Source: Podarcis bocagei | Lineage: Eukaryota | NCBI GenBank assembly: GCA_964188305.1 | Contig: OZ076890.1 | Direction: 5' to 3' (one strand) | Length of the DNA stretch: 64,000 nucleotides | Shown here: piece by piece, positions 38,226 to 51,902 of the stretch | How positions within the stretch are numbered: the first letter of the stretch is position 1 | How the letters are laid out: each line of letters begins with the position of its first letter | Made by a program: the position numbers and the translations under genes | The notes under the pieces: generated by a model | The model's input: only the letters and a program-made list of their open reading frames with translations | What the model was told of the DNA's origin: nothing | The model's database searches: none

Positions 38226-39295
38226 GGGTAATGTGAACCTCTGGCCTCCCCCGCTTCCCCACCCAACCTGTCCACTTGCCTGTGTGCTATTATGTTCACA
38301 GTCTTCCTGGCTCCCGACTATATTAACACCTGATCCTGTCCAGACCTCCCTCTCTCTGGCTCTCATCATTTACATTCTGTTCCTGTCCTGGCTTGCTGTG
38401 CCAGAAAAGTACATTGATTTGCCAGCTACCCTTTGTTTTAAAGAAACGTACATGTGTTACGATACATTCCCTGCTCTTACTTTTCATTTCCGCCTCTCCT
38501 TATTCTGAAATTTCATAGCTCCACAGGCTATCTTTTATTTCAGAACACACCAAAGGAGATATACTTGTATACTGCAAGCACTTCAAGAGAGAGGCCTGGA
38601 GTTTCCCTTACTTTAATTTTGATCTTCCAAGCTGTTGCCTGCTTAGCTTTACAATGCAGGTAGCCAAAACAGGTGCCTGCAGCTCCCTTCACCCTTTTCC
38701 AGTCACTGTGATGGCTAAATCTGCTGGGAGTTATAGTGCACCAGCACCTGGAGAGAACCATGTTGGACAACTCTGCTTTTTTACATTGGTTGTAAATGGG
38801 AATAGGGTTTTTCAAAAACGGGGGGGGGGCGGTATTTTAAAAATGGATCTAAATGCACACCTTTTGTACATAGCAATTAATCCCTGCTAATCCTCTTTAG
38901 CTTTACATGTAAGATAAGCTTTGTATTGGCACAAGGAATTAATTTTAGGTGAGCAAAGAAGGTTCTGCCTTTCCCTGCCAGTTTCTTCACGTGTTGCGAC
39001 AAACAAAGCCTGCCTGCCATGCTAAGTCTCTAATGACTCAACCGCTTACATTGAGTTCTTGTCTATAAAAGGAGTGCAAACAGAGACACCTAGCGGCGAA
39101 TACTTCACATTATTGCCGCCGAACCTATGACATCGGAATGCTACTATCTCTGCTTAAAAATATGACAACGAAATGTAATGAGCTATGATAAAAAAAAGCT
39201 TTAAAAATGAGCACTAAACAGAGAGTGTGGGATAAGGGATACAAGCGTATGTGCTGAGTGAAGATCTCATATTTTAACCAACTGTTATAAATTGA

Positions 39296-39385
39296 CATAG
39301 CTGTCAACTTTTCCCTTTTCTTGCGAGGAATCCTATTCGGAATAAGGGAATTTCCCTTAAAAAAGGGGAAACGTTGACAGCTATG
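39296..39385. mobile_element. 90-bp hAT MITE
   Basis: TIR CATAGCTGTCAAC; exact 8-bp TSD TAAATTGA; second, inverted copy at 51252-51341. Confidence 0.9.
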
Positions 39386-42300
39386 TAAATTGATATGTTT
39401 TAAATTGAGTTTATTTTATAATGCATTTAAAATGTTATAATGCCCATATTAGCAAAATGAAATATGTATTTCAGCTGTTATGTTTTGAAATGAATTAGTA
39501 TTTAGACTGTTACTGTAATGGTGCATCAATTTGAATTTATTGCTGTCGTGTTCTGAGCCACTAGGGCACATTTATGCGGAAATGCAGTATACAAATTGAA
39601 ATAATGAAAATAAATTAAAAGATATGATGATCTTAGTTCATTACATCATATCTTGCAAGCGCAGAATATTATCCATATAGGATGATGGTCACCATTGGCC
39701 AAATAGCTGTATGCCTGAATATCTCTGGTTTCCAATCCTATTATTGTTATCAAAGTCGCTTAAATAACACAGATGGAATCCAGAGAAAAAAGTCCTGATA
39801 ACACTTTACTAAGCAAACTGAATAAAAACAATGTATAGTTTGGCTTCCTGTGTCATGTGAACCAAGCCATAGGTAGATAACTTTATGACCACTGCCCCAA
39901 AGCAATTGTTGTTATACAATTTCATTCACCATTTAGATGGGTTTATGAAACATTTCTGTATCCTTCTGCTGTGCTGAAGAAGAATTCCACGAAACAGTGG
40001 GTATATCCGGAATCACTGTTCACTATGTCTGTTTGCGGACCACTTCGGCAGCGTTGGACGTCATAAAACAAAGCTTTACGGCTTGTTTTCACCTAATAAG
40101 AATCTGACCCATTGCTTCTTTCAGAGACTTGCATAAAAGAGATTGCATAGTCTACAAAGACTTTCAGAGACTTATAAGACTTATTTGGTTCTATTTTTTC
40201 AAGAGAATCCATCAAGAGTGCATATTTTGCGACTTAAAGAAATTTATAATATTTTTGTTCATTTGGTTTTGCAGAGAGTGCATATTTCATATATTTCATA
40301 CTGTTCAAGGTTCTGTATAGATTATATAAAGAGTTTATAGTGACGTTGCATTGTTGTACTTGGTCATTGTATTGCCTTGGATGTTTCTGATAATTGTTTG
40401 CAACACAGGGGTTTAATTGTTTGGTTACTATAGGTAGATAAAAAGCAGTGTGTTTTTTTGGGGGGGAGGTGGGGGAATTCGCTACAAAGTTTTTTGTTTG
40501 TTTGTTTGTTGAGAGCCCAGTTGCAGTGCCAAACACACACACACACACCCCACATGGGCAGTGGCTAAATGTAAGAAGTGATTAATAAACTCAAGCAGAC
40601 AATGATCTGGATTAGAAATGGCCACAGCTTTGTTCATTACCAGACAAATAAACAACCCAATTATTTAATTTAAAAGAGGCAAGGGAATTCAGTTTCCCCG
40701 AGTTCCTACTAAAAGAGCTGATAAAAAGTAATGAGGCTGCCATATATTTCAGGCATAGAGGTAGGATAGTAAAACCATGGGTCTTTGTATGTACATTTAC
40801 ACAGTGAAAAATTGAGTCCCGACTAAACACTATAGTAAAAATAATATATTTATTTGCCACAGTTTCATGAAAAGAAATATGTCTCTAGCAGCCTTAAAAT
40901 AAATATTATTATACAAATTCAAGTTTGGTATATTATAAAATAGGGTATTTTGCTGAATTTAACCTCAGTCTGGTTTCAAAGAATACTTAACAAGCAACAT
41001 TACTATTAACATTACATTTTAATCTCCATGTGCAATACGCAGGTTTCAAGCAAGTCTATATTTACTAAACTTTTTAATTTTTTTGGAGAAACATGTAAAA
41101 GAAATGCGTCTCAGGTAGGCTCAAAATAAATATTATTGTACAAATTCAAGTCTGATGCAGCATATATAGCAGCACATTGCTTATTTTACTTCAATCTGTT
41201 TTCAAATCCCATTAAAAAGCAGCCTCCATATATATTACTATTAATCTTCATATGCAGTGCGCAATAATTAAGTCTGTGTTCGCTGAGCTAATTTAACTAT
41301 GTTCAAAAGTTCAAATGATTAAAAATGTACCTTTCACAGCTTGCGCACTGCCTAAAAATAATGCAAGCATATTAATATTGCCCATTTGCCTCTGCTAATT
41401 CCATTTATCGTGGAATAATTAAGTTTATTTGAATATCGGAACTATTGCTTACCTATTTTCAAGTTCTATTAGCTGCACAGGCTTCCATGGAGATGTTGGC
41501 AATTTATTCCTGATTGGGGTTCATGCATGACAAATGATGCCGTATGAGATGGGAATGCCCACATCCATCACTCACCAAGCTGATAGCTGGAGCTGTCCAC
41601 TCTGACTGCCTTGTTTTGCAGGTAGGGGAACTAACTTGGCACATTCTCTCACACACAGTGGGTGAGCCCAGCCATACCCTTCCATCTGATCAATCCTGCC
41701 CAAGCTGACAGTATTCACCAACCGTCCTAGAAGGGAATCGGGTGGCACTTCCAGGGAATGTGTTTATTGAGCATTCATCCTGATTATTTTCAGGGGAGGC
41801 TAGGTTATATCAGCTATTTAACGAGCATTCATTCTGATTTGTTTGAGCTAGCTATCTTCAACCTTTCACTTTTAACCCCAACATGCATCTACAGACCTAT
41901 TTCTTAATCTTTTGCCATATACTTGCATGGTGGTAGTGCTCTTCTTGCAAACCCACCTTCGATCAGGCCATGGCTCATGAGTGGGTCCTGACCAGTGGGC
42001 TACATGACACTGCATCAAAGCAAGTGTTCCCAGTGCATTTTCCTGTCACTTTCCAGTCTTTGGGGAAACCAGGTTTGTTGGGCAAGGCATCCCAATCAAT
42101 TATAATGTGCAATCCGAATTTGCCAGTGTGTGACTGAATGCCACCTGAAAATAGTGACAGTCTGGAAAAACCTTCACATGCAAGGTATGCATGCAGCCCA
42201 CTGCTGAGCATAAGGATGACATGATTTCCCAGCAAATATGGGGTGTGGGTCCATAGATTTTTCACAGAAGCAATCACAGCATAGCCCTATAGAATATGAA

Positions 42301-42856
42301 TCGAAAGCTCTTCTCATCGTTCTAGTACTTTCCCTTATGCTTAAAGCTTGGTTTACAATGGCAAGGTTTTGCACCAACATGTCGCAATAGAATTGCTCCT
42401 GCTTTGCAGAACTAGAAAGAAGAAATGAAAGTACATGGCAAGTTATTCAATGCAAACACTGTGTGGGGGACCTCTGAAAGGCATTCTGGGCTGTCTCAAG
42501 TCCAAAACCATTTCCCGAAGATTCCGTTGCATGCAAAAGTAAGCCGAGTCTGAAAATGTGAAATAATTGAAAATATCCATTATCTTTTATCTTGAAGTCC
42601 CTTGTGAGATTTCTAGTCCTGATGAAGTGTCCCTTTGATGCAACGCTGAGTTCTGTTTCTTCAGGTCTTGCCCTATTCCCTCGAACAAACACGGGGAATT
42701 CCACTGAGTCACAGCAGTTCTAAGTTCTAGTCAGACTTATGTAAATAACGTACAGATTCTACTGGCATTCGTCTTCTGTTCTGGTTAGTCTGTTTTCTAA
42801 TAACTATGCAAACTTCAGAGTTAAAATATGCCACAGTTGGGAGGCAACTGAGACAT

Positions 42857-43071
42857 TCACAAGTTCTGAAAGGCAAACTTTCCCATGGGTCCTTGAGGTT
42901 CGATAATATATTTGCCCATTTTTTTCTTCATATAAAGCCATACTGTGACCATTAGCACAATAGATATCAGCGCAATGCTAAAGAGCACTGCAAGGACAAT
43001 GACTCCTGTTTTCCAGGCTGAATTGTCTTCCGTTGGCTTCAGATCTTCCACTTGCTGGGATGTGGCAATTG
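42857..43071 (-). CDS. membrane mucin, last coding exon (TM plus cytoplasmic tail)
   Basis: tttcag| acceptor, phase 1; AIATSQQVEDLKPTEDNSAWKTGVIVLAVLFSIALISIVLMVTVWLYMKKKMGKYIIEPQGPMGKFAFQNL*; hydrophobic helix followed by KKK stop-transfer. Confidence 0.9.
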
Positions 43072-43437
43072 CTGAAAGTATATTGTGGAAACAAAAAATT
43101 AGCTTAGTGCTGAAACGAGCAGAGCTGGTCCAAGACATTTTGCTGCCTGAGGCCAAACAGCAAACGGTGCCCCAATGCCAAAAAGTCAAGGTGTATGGAA
43201 TCTAAGGCAGTCAAGTCCTTTTGGTACTTGAGGCATTCAATCCTACATGTGCCTCTCCCTTGAAGCAATAATAAATAAATAACAGTTGGCTGCTCTTTCA
43301 TGAAAGTCAGCTGTCATAGGTGGCCGCCACACATTACTTCATGGTAGGGCTGGCCCAAATTAGCACAAGTCACTGGATACTATTTTTTCCACAGCATCAT
43401 AGGAAATTTTCTCAGGGAGCACTAGACATTGTTAATA

Positions 43438-43666
43438 CAGTCATACCTCGGGTTACAGACACTTCAGGTTGTGCATTTTGCGGGTTGTGCACTGTGCTGA
43501 ACCCGGAAGTACCAGAACGGGTTACTTCCAGGTTTCGGCGCTCGTGCATGTGCAAAAGCACCAAATCATGACCTGCGCGTGCGCAGATGGCGCTGCGGGT
43601 TGCGGGCGCTGTGGGTTGTGAACGTGCCTCCCGTACGGATCACATTTGCAACCCGAGCATTCACTG
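43438..43666. mobile_element. pogo/Tigger-like MITE
   Basis: TA|CAGTCATACCTCGGGTT...AACCCGAGCATTCACTG|TA. Confidence 0.75.
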
Positions 43667-45645
43667 TACTAACGTTTTACTTGTGACACCTCAAGTGTTA
43701 CTTTATTTTATGAGGCTTGCAGGCAGATATTTTAAACTACTTATAGACAAGAGTAATCAGCTTTCAATCAAACTGAATGTGCCACAATGTATATGGAAAA
43801 GATAGCACAACATTTAGGCCCTATGCTTGGGGAAGGTTTTTCTAAGTTGGTGGATTATTGAAAAGCTACAGAGCCGGCAAAGTCTCTGGAAATTAATTTG
43901 CCATGAAACAGCCAAACTAAGCTACATGTGACCAGGAGTGGGTGGTAAGGAGATGTTCCACTGCAGACCTGCCCCCGGCCCCAGCAAATAGCACTGCTGC
44001 CATGACCTGGGATGGTGAGGAGGGAGGTTTGGGTCGTTTTGCCAGCCCGTCCTTCATTTTACAGTGAGCATGCAATTATCCATTGTTGCCAGTATTTTCT
44101 TTGCTAAACAGTAGGTGACTGCTCTTGCTACAGTCCTGATCTAGATTTCTGCCCCATTCCTGCACCTACTGTTTGTCCAGGTAGGATGGCCTGATCTGGA
44201 TCAGGATTGCAGTAGGGACAAAAGGTTAAAACCCCCCACTTGGGATTTTCTTCCCTCCCATTCACCTCCTATTTAGCACAGAAAAAGAAGGACCACATTT
44301 GTTAATTACATGCACAGCATAATGTGGCAAATGGCCAAAGCTGGTTTTGCATGTGGAATTCTAATGTCATCAGTCTGTTATCTAGGTAAACACCTGTGCA
44401 AGTCTGAATCTGTCTTATGTACTGAGGATTCAAAAGGTCTGAACATTTACTTTGGCTTCCACTGGACATCCTACCCAAAGGGGGAGGGAAACCCACTTCC
44501 TGCATACCTTGTGATTTTGAATATGCAAGCAAGACAATGCCCAGACATTTGAAGCAGTACACAAAAATGGGATATTATTTCTTGCCTAATCTCCCTGAAC
44601 AAAGGATGGATCCTTCACATGACTGGACTCACTTCTAATAGAGAAAGAATGCAAGTACACATGAGAATGATGGACTAAAATCCAAGTAGCCATGGAAAGC
44701 TACAGTCCCTGGATTTCCCATTGCTTCTTAGAATCAGCAGTTTGTGTAGTATCAAACAATGCAAAGACCACTCCTTCTGTTGGTAAAGTGGGAGTGATGT
44801 ATGAAGGCAACCTGAGAGTGAAGAAACATTACACTTTTCCTCAAATACTCCCCAAACAAGCTGAGGATGACAGCTGTGCTTCCTGTATGCCCTCTCAGGT
44901 TGCCAGCAAATATTTGCACGTATAACCTGTTGGCCAACTGGAGCTGGGCAGTTTTAGAATCTTCCCTTTAGTTAGGGCTTAAGAGGCATTTATTTATACC
45001 CTGTTTGGAGCCTGCAAGGAAGAGGGACCTATGCCCTGTGGGTGCATCCTCAAAGTTTGGTTTCTTAACACAGCCACAGCACAAACAATCCATTTGGAAA
45101 CAAAGGGTGGATTCCTCTTTGTACTAAAAGGATGGAGAGGAACTAGGTTCAGAGGACACAATGGAGTGTGTCCTCCAGTTCTGGTTATAGCCCCACTGAA
45201 GATTCACTCCATGGCAAGGAGGACTCCCCCTCTGCTGTGGAAAGCTTGGGTGGAACTGACCTTGGAGGACACCCATGAAAGGGTACAAAGGTTCCTTTCT
45301 GTGGTGAGATGGGCTCCCTCTTCACCACTTAAAGGATCCTTGGGTGAGCGGGGGATTGCCCCTTCACCACTGAAAGTATAGGGCAAACTAGCCCCCGATA
45401 AGATATGTTTTGTAGTACGTGTCCTCCAAGCCTCAGTCACACTTCCCAAATAATATTTTAAACAGGAAAAGCTTTCTCTCCTTGCTGCTGAACTGATCTG
45501 AAGGAGGCCTCAAAGGGAATACATCCTCTGATCTGGGAATTCAACTTCCAGTCCTTTGGGAGGGAGGTCGTGATGGAACTTGTCATGGTGGGCACTTTTT
45601 GACTAGATCAAGAGCTATTTGTAGTGCCCTGAACAACAAGATTAC

Positions 45646-45844
45646 CTGTTACTGTTACAGCAGTCTTGTTATCAAGCATTTTTGTTACTACTTCTGTTAA
45701 ATAGTCCGTGAAATTTTTTGTTCCAATCCACTGTTGTCCTTGCAGGAGAAATGCGAAATATGCATCCACACTTCCAGCTTGGTATCCCACCATTTCAATA
45801 TTAAAGCTGCCATCTCCAAGCTTCATTATCATTCCTTTAGAAAC
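45646..45844 (-). CDS. membrane mucin, SEA-2 C-terminal half
   Basis: 199 nt, phase 0 to 1; VSKGMIMKLGDGSFNIEMVGYQAGSVDAYFAFLLQG...TAVTVT; GSV motif. Confidence 0.85.
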
Positions 45845-46924
45845 CTGAAAACATTTATATTTATTCCAAACTGTCAATACGTAAGAAACGGGCAAGACAC
45901 CATCACCATTCCCCCAAACGTTAACTCTTTTCACTTTTACCGGACTTCTTTTAAAAGAACAAATAAAAGAGACCATGAGATTGGTCTAAACAAAACATAT
46001 TTAACATTTCCAAAATGTTGTGCAATAAATAGCCTAAAGTTTCATATGTAAGAGCTCATATGTGACAGCAGTTCTTTGCCATACTGTACCAAGGTCTGCT
46101 ACCCAAAGTCAGATGAGAAATGGTGGCTCAGGGACTGTAGTCAATTTCCTACTGCACTCCTGCATATACGTATATATGCAGGTATATATTATCTACATAT
46201 GCAAGAACAAATCTATATTGAGTTACTACTGAACAGAGTTTCTAATAGCCTAATTGTTTGTAGAGTGGCAGGGCCTTTTTGTTATTACTATGATTAAACA
46301 AGTGGGAGTCAGGAACCCCTGTCTGACTGCAAATCATCTAGCAATCTAAAAGCTGACCTTGTTCTAGGCTTCTTCCCATAGAGATCCAAGAATTCCACTC
46401 CCGCTGTTGGTTCCAGGTCTCCTGCTGGACTCCTGTCACACTCTGCTCATGCCCCCCCCATCCCACCCCAGTTCACAGAACTCAGTGAGCCCCAGTTACC
46501 ACTGTCCTGTGGGATAGGTCAACACTGATGAAAGACATACAACATGTGTAGAAGTATAAGGATTTGCTATCTGGACTGGAAATATTAGGGTATGTTGCTG
46601 GTTTTGGGTTGGGTACCCTTGGGCAAGAAGCATAAAGACATAGACACTCATTATTATTTTTTAATTACTATGGCTTTTCTAGTTTGAGACTTTTATTCCA
46701 TGGTGCTTTTTACTGATCCCCAAAGGTTCTAAATATTGCAGCATTTTGTTTGTTATGCTTTTAGGGTATGATTTTAAATATTCCCAATCTCGTAATCTCA
46801 GATAGGGGGGCACATTCTATTGCTGCTGTTGTGTATACTGGTTTGAAATAGATTTGCACATTGTGTTGAGAATGCTTCTTCAAAAGATAATGACTGCAAC
46901 AAGGGATAATGTTAAAGAACTCAC

Positions 46925-47037
46925 AGTTGTTCTGATTTTGTTAGACATATTCTTATAGATCTCACTTTCTGGATTATAAAGGTCAGGTGTAAAACTCTGG
47001 TTTTTGAATAAAATTCTGCAAGCAAATGCTTGTTTGC
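46925..47037 (-). CDS. membrane mucin, SEA-2 N-terminal half
   Basis: 113 nt, ttttccag| ... |gtgagt, phase 1 to 0; SKQAFACRILFKNQSFTPDLYNPESEIYKNMSNKIRTT (F.PDL.NP.S..Y SEA signature). Confidence 0.88.
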
Positions 47038-47262
47038 CTGGAAAAGAAATGCAACACAATTAACACCTCAATCAGTTCCATCTCAGAACTAGTTTTCCAT
47101 ATTTCATTGGCTACAGCTCATGCCTGTCTGGAACAAGACAAACCACAACCCCAGGTTTGGATGTAACTCTGTGCCAAACTGTGTTGAGGCAGAATCAGCA
47201 GGTTCAGGGGAGTGCAGCAGCTATAATCATCTCTATGAGAACCCCTCAATACTGACACTAAG

Positions 47263-47263
47263 A

Positions 47264-47317
<54 letters not shown>

Positions 47318-47839
47318 CTGCCAAAAAAGCTGAAAAACATCTTCATATATGTGACAATGACCACAAGAGTTTTAATAGCACAAGGATGGAAGACTGAAGA
47401 AACCCCAACTAAAGAATCATGGCAAGAAAAATTGATGGACTATGCAGAACTGGCAAAACTGACACATAAGCTACGGGACAAGGATAACTGTGACTTTAAA
47501 GATGAATGGGAACCCTTTACAAAGTATTTGAAGACGCAACAAAGCGAACTGGACTCCTTGGCTGGCTTTGAATAAACATTCACAAACTTTTTATTGATAA
47601 TAATCAGCTAAATTGTTTGAGGATCTATACAACTGTGTAACAATGCAGAAAACAGCATTCTTACAGAAGTCAAAGACTGGAACTGAGGGAAGTCGGGGTG
47701 GGGGGTTGTGTAGGAGGGTGGGGGGAGGGAGGAAAAATGGGGGGGAATAAGGATGATATGTTTCTGGATAATATGTTTTGTTTTAATTTTGAATAAAAAA
47801 AGTTTTTTAAAAAAGGAAATTGGGAAAGAAAAAGAAAAA
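47263..47839 (+). mobile_element. 5'-truncated L1 with (ATT)n at its 5' junction
   Basis: 15-bp TSD AATACTGACACTAAG (47248-47262 / 47840-47854); ORF2 end ...RVLIAQGWKTEETPTKESWQEKLMDYAELAKLT...EWEPF; AATAAA and A tail. Confidence 0.9.
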
Positions 47840-48396
47840 AATACTGACACTAAGCCATGGCTTGACTTAGTGTTACTTGCTTATTAGGTCAGCGTGAACA
47901 GCCTTCCAGTCTAGATATATTACGACTGGATATGCAACTCCAGAATACATTCTTATGTTTTTATTAGATTATTTTTAATGGTGGTTGTGAACCAGCTAAA
48001 AGGACTGAAAAGTGAGCTGTTTGTTTATCTGCTTAACAATTATAAATAAACATTTTATTTTTGCTCATGTGCTAAAAAATGTTGATGTGCTCAAAGAAAT
48101 ATGGTCTTAACACTTGCTAAGAAAAAAATTCATTGTAAAACTGTCAGAAGAGCACCCAACTTATTCAGGAGGGATGGTGAACCCATGGCCCCCCAAAGGA
48201 TGTGGGTCTATAGCTGCCAGGCTCCCTGGCCATTGGCCATGCTGGCTGGGGCTGATGGGAGTTGGTGACAAATGGCACCTAGAAGTTCACAGGTTTCCCA
48301 GTCCTGCTCTACAAAACATCATTTGTAGTCATGTATTTAAGCAATCTAATCTTACAGTGGCTAAAAAAAAAATCATAATACATATTTACAACATAC

Positions 48397-48477
48397 TTGA
48401 ACAGATGTCACGTTGTAAGGAAAGACACACAGTGGATTGCAAGCAAATATTAGGCATGTTCAGACACAAGATGGGGT
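48397..48477 (-). CDS. membrane mucin, small Cys-rich linker exon
   Basis: 81 nt, cttttatag| ... |gtatgt, phase 1-1; DPILCLNMPNICLQSTVCLSLQRDICS (4 Cys). Confidence 0.75.
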
Positions 48478-48625
48478 CTATAAAAGAAGCACAAAACCAA
48501 ATTAATCATGTAAAAGATAAGATTCCTCCTCTTGCTGAACTGCCATTTACGTAACTGAAATATAAACTTCAAAATATGAAATGCAGCTTATGAAAGTTGT
48601 ACTCCCTGCCTGATTTCAAAGAACA

Positions 48626-48867
48626 CAGTGGTACCTCAGGTTAAGTACTTAATTCGTTCCGGAGGTCCGTACTTAACCTGAAACTGTTCTTAACCTGAAG
48701 CACCGCTTTAGCTAATGGGGCCTCCTGCTGCCGCCGCGCCGCTGAAGCACGATTTCTGTTCTCATCCTGAAGCAAAGTTCTTAACCTGAAGCACTTTTTC
48801 TGGGTTAGCGGAGTCTGTAACCTGAAGCGTATGTAACCTGAAGCGCCTGTAACCTGAGGTACCACTG
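48626..48867. mobile_element. pogo/Tigger-like MITE
   Basis: CAGTGGTACCTCAGG...CCTGAGGTACCACTG|TA. Confidence 0.9.
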
Positions 48868-49862
48868 TAATACCAAAAGGTTTGTTGCATATCCTAATTC
48901 CAGACCCAAATACACCCATTTTTGGAAATAGCAATTTAGAGATGATGCGTATGTACATTTGACACATGGCAGTCACTGGAAATCCATGTGCAATTGTCCT
49001 AAGCATCACTACTCACAGGAATATGCTTTTAGCATACTAGCCCAAACCCACATTGACAGTAGTTTGTACTGGCGTAACAAATTCTATATAGCCACCCTCA
49101 CATAGTACTCATGCAAAATCGTCTCTACTAATTGAAGAGACACCAAGGATTGCCCTCCCTCTGGCATTGTATAGCTTCCCTACGCCAATGTCCACACATT
49201 AAGAGAGGACATCTGCAGAAGAAAAGCCTAAACTTGTCAACCTTTACATGCATAGGTTTCCCTTTTGAGACATCCAGATTCAGAGGACATATGGGGTAGG
49301 GGCAGCAGCATGGTCCCCCAGCCACTTCAACGCAGGAAACCCCTTTCAGCTAAGCAACATGTCAAGTGGGGGCTATAGCCTCTTGGCGCCAACTCAGGAA
49401 AATGCAAGTAGTGCTAGTGATTCAGAAGAAGTGCTAGAATCCGGATCAAATTCACAAGGGAGTACAGTATGCTTTTGGAAGTACCTCCTATCATTTATCT
49501 GGCATTATGAAGGTCAACACCAGGGGTGATTTTTCTATCAAACAGACCTTCCTTGAACTAGCTTTAATTAGTCATGGCTCGACCTACTGAAACTGTTGCA
49601 CAACAAACTCATCGTGCACTCCATTACACTTCATGTTACTCTAACGCGCCTTGAATGAACCACTGCAGCTGGAGAAATTTAGCCTGCATTGTGCTAAAAA
49701 CAGGAATAAAAGGGCTTTTGAAAAAAGGGACTCCTGACAGCAGTGAGATGTGCACATGTGCATCCCATGATGAAGCAGTGAAGCTTAAACCTTAATCATT
49801 TAATTAGCCATACAGCTTTATAATTTTAATCATCATATCATGGGAAGGTCATATTCACTAAC

Positions 49863-49997
49863 CTTGACACTCTGTTCCAGGATTACTTGTATTCAGATCT
49901 GTTATGCCTGGATAACATTGACATTTATAGCTGCCAATAGTGTTCTCACACGCAGCCAACTTGGAACAGGCGTTATTTTCCTTGCATTCATTTATAT
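49863..49997 (-). CDS. membrane mucin, calcium-binding EGF exon
   Basis: 135 nt, phase 1-1; DINECKENNACSKLAACENTIGSYKCQCYPGITDLNTSNPGTECQ (DINEC...C.NT.GSY.C.C). Confidence 0.93.
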
Positions 49998-50959
49998 CTG
50001 GAAGAGGGATGGGGTAAGAAACAACTGCAATATTCTGCTATAGTAATAAATTCTAGCATTGAAGCAAATAAGGAATTTCATGTTCTATACATGTGGAAGA
50101 GTAGTCGTAATCCTCCAGGGGAAACTTTCAAAACTCTTGCAACCCTCCCCTATCTTTAGATGGGCCTGACTGTGAAAGACACTTTCCCTCTGCAGTTGGG
50201 ACACAGTGAGACTTCGGTTTTCTCTTCACTGGAGACCCTCAAAGCACTTGTTTTTGGGAAAGCTCTCTTGAAGTAAGAAGCATGTCTGCAGAACAAGTGG
50301 GTTGGGAATCAGTGCTTTTACAGATTAAAACACAGGATGGTGTATTGCTATTTAGAGGCAATTCTCACTGAAATCGATAGTTTGCACACATGCAGACTAT
50401 CCGCAAATACAGTTTTACAGCCCAGTGAGCCTACCAGCCCACAATAAAACTGGAAGCTAGACAACCTTTAGTCCCATCTTCATCCCAACAACACTAAAAT
50501 TGCACTTTTCTCATCTCTACTATTGAATCAAGGCAGATCAGCATCACTTTCTTCCCTCTTTGTCATTTATTTTTTTTAAAAAACCTCCAGTCAGTATTTT
50601 GTAGGAGGGATTCAAGCACATACTGAAACTTCAGATTTATGTATTTAAAATGAATTAAAGCACCCTGTACCCCTAGGGCAACAAATCCACTTTTTTAAAA
50701 ATCTGGACTTTTTCCAGTTTGGAAAGTGACAGGGAGATACATTGAAAAGTATGGGGTGAATGAAGGTTGAATGAGGGACACATAAACACCCTGCAAACAG
50801 GATGAATGTTCATTAGCATAGAGCTGTGCCATAAGCAAATCAGAATGAATACTCATACAGTATAGACCGGATATAGCCTAGCCATTGTGTAATCTTTGGG
50901 CAAGCAAATCAGGATGAATGTTGAATAAGCAGACCCTCTGAAGAAATCCCCGTTCTTAC

Positions 50960-51097
50960 CTTCGCATTGTCTTCCTGGCACCTGGGGACTCAGATCCAAA
51001 AATCCCGGCTTACATTCACATGAATAATTTGTGCTTTGGGGGATGCAGTAGGCAAATTCAGAACAGCCATTGTTGTCTGGCTGACAGGCAGGGATTA
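50960..51097 (-). CDS. membrane mucin, EGF exon
   Basis: 138 nt, phase 1-1; VIPACQPDNNGCSEFAYCIPQSTNYSCECKPGFLDLSPQVPGRQCE (6 Cys). Confidence 0.93.
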
Positions 51098-51251
51098 CTA
51101 TGACAAATTTCAGTAAAAGAGCAACAAAATTAATGCACGAAGGTCAACATAAAAGGCACCACAATCGCTTATATGCATGCTGTCATTTTTAAAGAGAAAG
51201 CACTTTCATTGGCATACAATATAATCCGTAATTTATTTACACACAGAGAAC

Positions 51252-51341
51252 CATAGTTGTCAACGTTTTCCTTTTTTTAAGAGAAATTCCCTTATTCCGA
51301 ATAGGATTCCTTGCAAGAAAAGGGAAAAGTTGACAGCTATG
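51252..51341. mobile_element. 90-bp hAT MITE (inverse of 39296-39385)
   Basis: CATAGTTGTCAAC...GTTGACAGCTATG; TSD CAGAGAAC/CACAGAAC with one mismatch. Confidence 0.85.
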
Positions 51342-51902
51342 CACAGAACTATGCCACCAAATGGATCTCTTAATGCCTGTCACTTGCTAGGGCTGATGGG
51401 AGCTAGTGTCTAGGAGGATCTGCAGGACCACAGGTCCCCCAGCCCCATTTAACAGTTGCTTCTGGGAAACACTCTGGGGTAGCATCATGATTTTATCACT
51501 ATTTTTGCTACTATTTTTCCACTGTTGTTAACCGCATAGGATGTTTTATTTGCTTAAAAAGGCAGGATATAAATGTTCAAATAAGCACGTCTTGTCCACT
51601 GTATGAGCACAGACTAACTGTGAAGCAGGCCAGGAAAGGCAATGCAGACTTGGCACATCTGCACTGGCTGAATCACACATAAACCGACTGAAGAGCCATG
51701 GCTAAGTGGGGATAGGCAGCACACGTTTTGCGTTTAGACAGTCCTAGGTTTAGTCTCTGGCATCTCCCTGGAATAGGCTCCCGTCTGAACCCTAGAGAGC
51801 CCCTGTCGGTCAGTATGGGTACTACAGAGTAAGATGAACCAATATTCTGACTTGATATGAGGAAGCTTCCTATGTTCCTACCATATAATAGAAAGACCAT
51901 AC

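Noticed and set aside
44627-44812. Candidate extra mucin exon (good acceptor at ~44812, GTGAGT at ~44632)
   Set aside because: All three frames contain stops before the donor.
49011-49130. Candidate Cys-containing exon with GTGAGT donor
   Set aside because: No acceptor gives an open phase 1-1 frame; in-frame TAG/TAA.
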